A DNA stretch of 61,109 nt, filler included, from Piptocephalis cylindrospora (Eukaryota): assembly GCA_003614145.1 (NCBI GenBank). It is 7 parts of 7 records of this genome, joined end to end, with 100 filler letters (N's around TTAATTAATTAA, not from the genome) between each part and the next. Parts side by side here need not be neighbours in the genome. Positions count along the whole stretch, not along the records: positions 8,832 to 17,509 come from KZ988133.1; positions 17,610 to 26,278 come from KZ988134.1; 5 more parts are not named here. One strand, given 5' to 3'. Below, one piece after another: positions 13,369 through 21,898 of the stretch (position 1 is its first letter; the number at the start of each line of letters is the position of its first letter). Position numbers and translations under genes: made by a program. The notes beneath the pieces are model-generated. The model saw only the letters and a program-made list of their open reading frames with translations. It was not told the origin of the DNA and did not search any database.

Positions 13369-14961
13369 ATGCTCACCATCCGCCAAGCTCTCTTCGCGAC
13401 CGCCTATCTAATGGCCATTGCTTCTGTGGGCTTCACTCCTGTGGCTGGCCAAGGCCAATCTTCTGATGTTCATAAAAACAATGCGCCCCTTCAAAATACC
13501 TCTGATGACGGTTTTGGAATCCAGAATGGATCCGGCAATGGCGCTACTACCGGCAATGGCGCTACTACCGGCAATGGCGCTACTACCGGCAATGAAGCTA
13601 CCACCAACAATGGTGCTACTACTGGCAATGGTGCTACCACTGGTAATGGCGCTACTACCGGCAATGGCGCTACTACCGGCAATGAAGCTACCACCAACAA
13701 TGGTGCTACTACTGGCAATGGTGCTACCACTGGTAATGGCGCTACTACCGGCAATGGCGCTACTACCGGCAATGAAGCTACCACCAACAATGGTGCTACT
13801 ACTGGCAATGGCGCTACCACTGGCAATGGTGCCACCACCAACAATGGTGCTACTACTGACAGTGGTGCTACGGATGCGGAATCTGATCCCAGTTTCCTGG
13901 GTAACGATGGTGTTACTCTGCCCGCCATCAACAAAGCATTTGCTGCCAACAATTCCCGTGAGACCATGGACGAGACTGTCTTCCTCCAGCATACCGACAC
14001 CGGCTTGTACATGACCTACTGGCTGTACATGGATCTGGCAACCCTGAAGGGGTTGAGCAGTAACACAGGCACGTCGGGTAACTCCGACGACTCCACTGTC
14101 TCTTCTTTTGTCCTTGGACAAACGTCCCCTCTTCTAGCTGGAAACGATCAGGGAAACAGTATGTTCTTCAGTCGCTGGGCCCTGAACAAGAAGGCTCGGC
14201 TCAGTGGTACAAAGCAGAGTATTGTGGTGGCCTTATCCCCCTCTGGGTCAAACGATACGGAGAATCTCTGTGTTGAATATGGCGCCAAAACCACTGAGAA
14301 CGATTCTACCGGGAAGCCGGCTACCACTCGACTCGAGACCACGATTGCCAGCGCATGTGACTCCCAATTGGCAAGCACCCAGCAGTTCGCCATCTCTCCT
14401 GCCAAAGGATGGAAGACTGAAACCAGGTCGCTGCTTAACGAGATGGTCACATATGACTATGTTGAGCTGATGGGCACATCTGCAAACAACACCGCCACCT
14501 GCCTTGGCTTCAACCCTCCCGGTAACATGATTGAGGAGGTAGGTTGCGGCAGCCAGAGTAGCGTCTGGGCCGTTATCTCCTCTCCTTCCGCATCGGGCAA
14601 TAGTCAGCAGAGTGTCTCCTCTGGCCCTACGTCGAACAGTGGCCAGCAGGATGTTTCCTCTGGCTCCGCACCGGGCAATGACCAGCAGAATACCTCCTCT
14701 GGCTCCGCACCGGGAAATGACCAGCAGGACGCCTCTTCTAATTCTGCACCGGGCAATGATCAGCAGAATGCCTCCTCTGGCTCCGCACCGGGCAATGACC
14801 AGCAGAATGCCTCTTCTAATTCTGCACCGGGCAATGATCAGCAGAATGCCTCCTCTGGCTCCGCACCGGGCAATGACCAGCAGAATGCCTCTTCTAATTC
14901 TGCACCGGGCAATGATCAGCAGAATGCCTCCTCTGGCTCCACACCGGGCAATGCCCAGTAG
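13369..14961 (+). CDS. Secreted protein with two tandem-repeat arrays flanking a Cys-containing, possibly ricin-B-like domain
   Basis: Signal-peptide-like N-terminus; 530-aa intronless ORF; TATAAA at about 13000. Confidence 0.75.
   Translation: MLTIRQALFATAYLMAIASVGFTPVAGQGQSSDVHKNNAPLQNTSDDGFGIQNGSGNGATTGNGATTGNGATTGNEATTNNGATTGNGATTGNGATTGNGATTGNEATTNNGATTGNGATTGNGATTGNGATTGNEATTNNGATTGNGATTGNGATTNNGATTDSGATDAESDPSFLGNDGVTLPAINKAFAANNSRETMDETVFLQHTDTGLYMTYWLYMDLATLKGLSSNTGTSGNSDDSTVSSFVLGQTSPLLAGNDQGNSMFFSRWALNKKARLSGTKQSIVVALSPSGSNDTENLCVEYGAKTTENDSTGKPATTRLETTIASACDSQLASTQQFAISPAKGWKTETRSLLNEMVTYDYVELMGTSANNTATCLGFNPPGNMIEEVGCGSQSSVWAVISSPSASGNSQQSVSSGPTSNSGQQDVSSGSAPGNDQQNTSSGSAPGNDQQDASSNSAPGNDQQNASSGSAPGNDQQNASSNSAPGNDQQNASSGSAPGNDQQNASSNSAPGNDQQNASSGSTPGNAQ
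13534..13857 (+). repeat. Coding minisatellite, 18 x 18 bp ((G/N)N(G/E)ATT) with 90-bp higher-order unit
   Basis: GGCAATGGCGCTACTACC units; the GNEATT variant recurs every 5 units. Confidence 0.95.
14605..14955 (+). repeat. Coding minisatellite, 9 x 39 bp (QQNASS(G/N)SAPGND)
   Basis: Alternating G/N variants give a 78-bp higher-order unit. Confidence 0.95.
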
Positions 14962-15705
14962 ATGGCCTTCCCACGAGCTGAATCAACTAGGGCTAAGAGG
15001 TAGTTAGTCTGCTCATCAAATGACCAGATGGTCGATGATTATCTCTAGTCATGACGGGGAAATGGAAAAAGGACGGAGCAGATGAAGGATCTGGGAAGAG
15101 TGGCCATCCTTTTATCCCTCTTTCCATCCTCTTCTCTTTCTCTCCTTTCATTCTCCTCTTCCCCACCACACTAGCATATATCCAGGCTTTACCTCGAAGT
15201 ACATTTCTGTGTTGACTCATGATGAACGTAGGTGAATAAACCCCTTTTCACACTTTTAAACTCTGGATGTTGTAAAAGACAATGGGTCCGGAGGGGCAGA
15301 GCGGACGTCCACAACTAGGATAAGGGGCATGCCCTGGATAGAATGACAAAGGAAGAACATTGCTATTATTACTGTTACGATCAAGTATAGACGAAAGGGT
15401 ATTTCCGATCTTGGTATCACTATCCCTTGTCCTGACAGCAATGACGATGATAATCTCTCGTATGGTAATAATTATAGTTAGCTCATAGCTTTCTGTTGGA
15501 TCCTGATGTAGGTGAATGATCCTGTGTGTGTCAAGTAAAAAAGAGGTGTGCATCATTTAGAGGTATGTGAGGCAGAGCCACCACCAGGTAGCAATCCTTG
15601 GTCAGTGCTAAGATGGTATACCATGCCACCTTCAATTATTTCTCTCTCTTTATCCCATCCCCTTTCCAACCCCATTTCTACCTTAAAGGCCCAGATACGT
15701 ACAGA

Positions 15706-17413
15706 ATGTCCGTCACCTTTGATGACTCCAGTCTCCCGGGATCACTCGAGGGGATAGGTCGCGAGCTGACCTGTGCGGTATGTCAAGGTCTCTTGGCCCA
15801 ACCTGTCTTGAATCAACCATGCCACCATCCGGTGTGCTTGACTTGTTTCCCAAGACAGCGAGTTGAAGGAGAAGGCCATGGAATAACTTGCCGGGTGTGT
15901 CGCGAACCTCTTCTTGACCCAGGACCCAACCCTGAACCCGCCACGCATTGGGAAGCACTGGTTCAAGCCTACCAAGAGATGTTAGGGACAAGTGAGGGAA
16001 GTCACAACTCCCTCTCATCCCCAGGTGATCTCTTGACCAAGGCCGTTTCTAGTCTAAAGGATTCGCCCAAGCCCACGCTCACCCGACAAACATACGCTCG
16101 ACGCCCTCAAGATCGACGACGAGGACGGTTATCAATGCAGAGACCCTCCGTAGGACCACTCTTTCCTGAGGGTACTGTTCCTACCATGGAGGTATGAGTT
16201 TACAGCATGTGCATGGGCTGATAAGGATCGAGAGGATGAAGACCAGATGACTTAAAGTCCCTTCTCTTTAGGGCCTTGAAATGCTTAGAGCGTGGGAACG
16301 TGAGGTTGAGTTAGAATTAGAGGCACTGGCCAAGGGTAAGTTGGATGGAATAGTGTGTAGACCTCTTGAACATTCCTCATCTCTGCATTTTTTTGGATAT
16401 GGTATGGAACACATGGAGCAGATGCAGATGGATCCGAGACCGAGGGGTCCGAGACCGAGGAACACGATACCAAGGAACCTCATATTAAGACATCTGGGAT
16501 GAAGAGACCTTGCCCATCCGATGGGCTCGAGGAACACGTCACAGCTCGGAAAAGAATGAATGAAGAGCCTGGAACGGAGATTACTGATGATCGACACGTC
16601 CAAAATGAATCATTTGCTGAAAAGGAGTTCTCTTCCTCCCAAGGAGAATCTTCCTCCTCCCAGAAAGGCACTCCCCCTTCCCAAAAAAGCACAGCATACA
16701 CTTGGTGCTTCCTAATGACAGGTCTGTCTGAGGAACAAGTGTCCATTGTGAAAAGGGCGGTATCCAACCTACATGCTCGGATTATCCCAGGACCATCGGA
16801 TACGCCTGTACCGGTTCGAGTAAAGGTGACCAAGAACTTTTCCCCATCGGTCACCCATCTTATCACTACTCCATCCTCTCGTAGGTTCATACCTTTACTA
16901 GCATGGCATTGTCGCTGCTTGATTGTTCACTCACCTCACCTCTTCTCCCTAGGCCCCAGGACCCAGGGACATCGATTGTGCAGACGCACTGTCAAGTATC
17001 TCTCGTGCTTAGCGGCTGGAATATGGATTGTAGATGTGGCCTGGGCGGAAGAGGCCCTACGGACTGGACATTGGACTCTACCAGACGGCTACGAGATGGA
17101 CGGGGATGACAAGTCTACACCTCGTCAAGCTCCTCGACTCTCCCGTCTCACCCCGGCCCCGGCCCCCAGACTCCTTTCTGGACATGTCTTTTGGTTGGAC
17201 ACTTCCACTCTCCTCCCTTCCCTCCTGCCCTTCTATACCCAGATTATTCGCCTGGCCGGGGGACGTGTCACCCAGATTCGAGCCGTGGCCACCACTCTCC
17301 TCTCGACGGCCTCCCCCTCCGCCCCACCATCGGGGACTCGGACTGTCCCGCCCGAGTGGCTATTGGACTCGCTGAGTCGGTGGAAGGAAGAGAGTCTTGT
17401 AGCAACCGAGTGA
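15706..17413 (+). CDS. RING finger plus tandem BRCT protein (BRCA1/BARD1-like)
   Basis: C3HC4 RING CAVC..PCHHPVCLTC..CRVC; BRCT1 TGL..VTHLIT..CRRTVKYLSCLAAGIWIVDVAW; BRCT2 LLSGHVFWL..IIRLAGG..PEWLLDSLS; introns approx 16192-16271, 16336-16421, 16882-16952. Confidence 0.82.
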
Positions 17414-17509
17414 GCCAGTTGCGTGTACACCATCCACCTCTTCTCGTCCATTCCCCCCTCCCCTCCTTCTCTCCGACCGCGAGTCCCTACTGCGCGCCGC
17501 CTCCACCTC

Positions 17510-17609
17510 NNNNNNNNNNNNNNNNNNNNNNNNNNNNNNNNNNNNNNNNNNNNTTAATTAATTAANNNNNNNNNNNNNNNNNNNNNNNNNNNNNNNNNNN
17601 NNNNNNNNN
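17510..17609. other. Artificial contig linker
   Basis: N44-TTAATTAATTAA-N44. Confidence 0.98.
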
Positions 17610-18106
17610 CCTCTCATCTCAGGAGGGCACAGAGAGAAATGAGAGGAGGGGCATCCCAGAAAAGACACACTCTACAACCACCGTATCATCTCAAAGTGCA
17701 CTGTGGAGGGGCCAATATGACCGCTGGATAGGGATGATTTCTCGTCCTAGACTGTATGATACACAGGCAGAACACCATGTCTTGTTCTATCCTTTGCCTC
17801 ACCCTCATCTATGGTCCACCCTTATGCTCATACACATGCCAATGCTAGTGCTGTGCTTTGATGTCCATGAGCCTGCCTCATTAAAGAGAAATAAAGCAGC
17901 TCTCATCAAGGAATGATGCACTATGCGCGCTTAACTCTGGAATTACTGATGATACATCAATACCAAGCATTTTCCATGGATATATCATGATTTAATGTTC
18001 ACTTTACCTAAAACCTACAGCAATTTCCTTTCCTTATCCGCACATCCATTTTATACCAAATAATGTAAAATAAAATAGCCAGCCTCAGAGTAGAGGCAAA
18101 AAGCAT

Positions 18107-20130
18107 TTATATAATTTCCTTGCACAGTTTCCTACTGTGCCCTAACTTTCCACACCGACGACACTGATAGGATCGTTTCCTCTGATTACCATCCCCAGCC
18201 CTGACCCTCTGAACCCTTGGCCTTCCAGGAAGACGACGTGTCCTTGGAGGGAGAATAATGAGCGGGTTGATGGGAGGGGAATTAATATACCCTAAGGCAC
18301 TTGGCCAAAATTCTTGACCTGGAAGAGGGGTAATGGGTACTTCATAAGTTGAAGAATAGGACGATACAAAATAATAGTCCTCTACTTGCTCCCTTGCATC
18401 TATCCCAAGGAATAGAAAAGCAGCGCATGCATGAGAGCAAGGAATCCCCAAATCCCTCCAGACGCCACACGTGCAATCCCGCTCATCCACCATAACCACT
18501 TGGCTGGAAAATCCAGTCCGAATTTCGAATATAGAACGCGTAGAAGGATTGGTTTGGTAATGCCTTGCCTCGCGAATAAATCCCCTAATTATTTCCTCTG
18601 CAACCGGTACTAATACACTGGAATATTTCATCATAATCATATTTTCCCGGTATTTGAATGATAATGAGATTACCTTGCGGCAAATACTTTCTACCAATGG
18701 GAGTATTTGAAGGCGACGAGGGATCCTCAGCCAACTATTCACTGATTCAGCGATATTGGAGGTTAAGTGGCCATATCTCTTTCCACGAAAGTAGGCAGAC
18801 GCCCAGTGTTCCGGGGGACAAGTATAACAGGGACAGGAACAGGAGGCCGGAGGGAACAGGAGGGGACAGGGAAGAAGCTAGCGAAAGTGTGTTTATTCCA
18901 AAGTCTGGGGGAAGGGGACAAAAAGAGCTTCCCCTTATAGAGGGGAAAACAGGAAAAGAGGAGAAAAGAGAAAAAGACTGATTTAATCTATCGAGGACCC
19001 GCGTCTTCGATAAATTAAGGGGCGGACCCCGTGTTCGGAGTTCCACGATAGATTGAAAAGGTGGGACCTCGTGGTCGGAGTTTCCCTGTAATGATAACAT
19101 CATTACAACAAGTGTCCTCCAACCAGCGCGATGCATTAGGATCAATTAGCGCCATTTCCTCCTTAGCGCCAATATACCCAACTTCGTTTGTAGCCCTTGC
19201 CATCTTCCATAGGGAAGCAACCAACCCTTTTCGCTTGAATTTCTTTTGTAAATTTTCACCTAAATGGCGCACACAGTAGGCGTGAAAATGGTCGGAAAAT
19301 ACATTCGAAACTGCATTTACTAGGCCTTTTTGCCTGTCGGAGATGAAAGTCGTTTTTTCGGTGCGTCCGGAGAGAAGTAGCACACGATGAAAATTGTGCA
19401 AAAACCAGGTCCAATTTTCCTCGTTTTCGGTATCGACAATTCCGAAGGACACGGGAAAAAGGTGGTTTTGTGCATCCATTGCTGTGGCGATTAGCAGGAC
19501 ACCACGGTACTTTCCAGCGAGGAAGGTTCCATCCAAGGCCACAAAAGGTCGACAGTACTTGACGCCCTTTAGTTGAGATCCATAGGTAATAAATATCCTT
19601 TTGAAATGACCATCTTCGCTCCATTGAAGGTCGATCACGCTTGAGGTATTGGTCTTTAGTACCATCTCCTTATACTGACGAAGGAGACGGTAGGATGCAT
19701 CATGGCCTCCGGATAACTCATCGTGGCACATCTCTCTAGCACGCCAGCACGTCAGGTAGCTTGCTTGTATTCCATAGTTCATGCGCATGTCATGAACCAT
19801 TTGCCTGGGAGGATACCTCGGATCGTTTCTAACCTTTTCGAGGAATAGGTCCTTGATCCAGGAGGCCTTTGCTGTCTTGCTTTTCGAGAAAATGGTCGGA
19901 GTGCACGTGTGAGGAGGGCCAAATTTTCGCAGGATAAATTTGTCGGATTTTCCATATTTTGAAGCATTGGAAAGCCATGGGCATTCCCTATCCTGGCATC
20001 TCACCCGATATCTTTTCCTATCTGACTTGATTACTCTAATTTCCCTATGATGAGAAACCGTATATCCTCTAACCAGATTTATTAGGTTCTCCTTTCCATC
20101 ATAGAGGGTACCAATAGCTAGGTTGTCCAT
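18107..20130 (-). pseudogene. MuDR/MULE transposase (MuDR DBD, DDE, SWIM, CCHC) interrupted by a solo LTR
   Basis: ALDGTFLAGKYRGVLL, ISDRQKGL, HAYCVRHL, TSNIAESVNSWL, CTC..W...GIPCSHA, CRRCGKLGHSRKLC; removing 18823-19112 restores one ORF. Confidence 0.93.
18823..19107 (-). mobile_element. Solo LTR, family A (TG...TA), TSD ACAAG
   Basis: ACAAG at 18818-18822 and 19108-19112; minus-strand TATA-like CTATAAG and AATAAA. Confidence 0.9.
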
Positions 20131-20303
20131 CTATATTGATGGCACTTTAAAGTTTAGTCGTGCCCATATCAAGTTAGAGTAATGGTGCATATGACAGAAA
20201 TATATATAGCAGAGCCTTTTTGCAAAGCGAATAATGGCCGAACTTACCTGCAATAATAATAGCGATATCAGATTGAAGAATACGAAAGTATGTCGGGAAT
20301 AGG

Positions 20304-20615
20304 TATAACAAGGGTAGACAGGGAGGAAACAGGAGGGAACAGGGGGACAGGGAAGAGGCTAGCGAAAGGGTCTTTATTCCCAAGTCTGGGGGAAGGGGAC
20401 AAAAGAGCTTCCTTTTATAGAGGGGAAAACAGGAAAAGAGGAGAAAGAGAAAAAGACTGATTTAATCTATCGAGGACCCGTGTCCCCGATAGATTAAAGA
20501 CGGGGACCCGCGTCCTCGATAAATTAAGGGGCGGATCCCGTGTTCGAAGTTCCACGATAGATTAAAAGGTGGGACCTCGTGGTCGGAGTTTCCCTGTAAT
20601 GACGACATTATTACA
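20304..20615 (-). mobile_element. Solo LTR, family A (TG...TA), TSD ATAGG
   Basis: ATAGG at 20299-20303 and 20616-20620; closely similar to 18823-19107. Confidence 0.9.
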
Positions 20616-20669
20616 ATAGGTGAAGAAAGAAGGAGGAAGAAAATATATTACGCAGCCTAAGATGCCTTT

Positions 20670-21138
20670 TATAACAAGGGTAGACAGGGAGGAAACAGGA
20701 GGAAACAGGAGGAAACAGGGGGGACAGGGAAGAAGCTGGCTAAAGGGTGTTTATTCCAGAGTCTGGGGGAAAAAGGAACGAAAGAGCCTTCTTTTATAGA
20801 TGGGAAGACGAGAAAAGGGAGAAGAGAGAAAGAGGGGAAAAGAAGTGGTTTACCCTGTCGGGGGAGGGGGGGGGGACCCGTGTCCTCGATAGATTAAAGG
20901 GTGGGGAAAGGAGTATGTGTCGGCTTAGAGGGTCGATCAAACACAGTATCTTGACTTTATATCACTAAATAAATCATAGATCTAAAGATATATTGGATAA
21001 TGGGGTGATCCTCTGGATCGCCTAGTCTACCTACCCTTAGGATTCTTTACGGAGAATTTGCCATTTGCCAGAGAATATAACTTTATGAAATAGCTAGTAA
21101 TCTTGATCGACCCCCTTAGTAATGATGACATCATTACA
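20670..21138 (-). mobile_element. Solo LTR, family A long variant, no matching TSD
   Basis: Same TATAACAAGGGTAGACAGG end and terminal palindrome; different internal U3; flanks CCTTT/ATTTA do not match. Confidence 0.78.
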
Positions 21139-21769
21139 ATTTATCCATGATTGCAAGGGGACGATATAGCGGATGAAAAATGGACTGGGCCCCATACGGT
21201 GATATCTATCAAAGGCTTGGTAAACACACTGCGGGAGTGGACAACAAGTGTAAGGAGCCATCATTAGAACCAACCTATGTAGCTCGTCTCCGAGAATTCA
21301 TGGGCTCAGGAACTTATATGCGAAAAGGGTTATCCGCAAATTCCCCCTTATCAAAGATATGCCCTTCGTACCCTAGCGTGCTTCGCTCCTCTCTCTCCCT
21401 CTTCTTCTCTTATCCCACTAATATCTTTCCCTCATCTCCATTAGCTATGGCCCGTCCCCAAACACTCCATCTCATTATTGCTGCTAAGAAGGGATGATAA
21501 ATAGAGCGCTTTAAGGCCATGTTTTCATGATAACGAGCTTGACTCATGGTGAACGACAAGGACATTTAGGTACAGCTCTTTGATAATGATGATGATGATT
21601 GTAGAGTGTGCCTTTTCTGGGATGCCCCTCCTCTCATTTCTCTCTGTGCCCTCCTGAGATGAGAGGCAGAGGGTAGATGAGAAGTGTCACTGTGCCCCTT
21701 TAGACAGAGTGTAAGGTGGTGGTACTGTGGGGAGGGGGGCAAGCCCCGACAAGTGTGGCAACAAAGAAG

Positions 21770-21879
21770 GGCATTCCTGATATTATCAGCATGAAAGAGG
21801 AACATTTCTGATATTATCTGTGAATGTGTGGCATTTCTGTAATTATCACGGAAAAGAGGGGCATTTCTGATATTGCCCC
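21770..21879. repeat. Four subterminal repeats of about 30 bp in the MULE right TIR
   Basis: GGCATT(T/C)CTGATATTATC-like motif at about 21770, 21800, 21830, 21860. Confidence 0.8.
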
Positions 21880-21898
21880 TTATTATTATTATCGACAG

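Larger units (their letters stand above)
17610..21879 (-). mobile_element. Mutator-like (MULE) DNA transposon with long TIRs; left end cut by contig edge
   Basis: 17610-17677 is the reverse complement of 21599-21666 (1 mismatch); right TIR ends ...TATTGCCCC at 21879 with about 30-bp subterminal repeats; MuDR transposase inside. Confidence 0.85.

Noticed and set aside
13534..14955. CRISPR-like regular repeats
   Set aside because: No spacers; in-frame coding minisatellites of a eukaryotic gene
21180..21497. Second gene or captured fragment inside the MULE
   Set aside because: Short ORF with no recognisable motif; flanking frames contain stops
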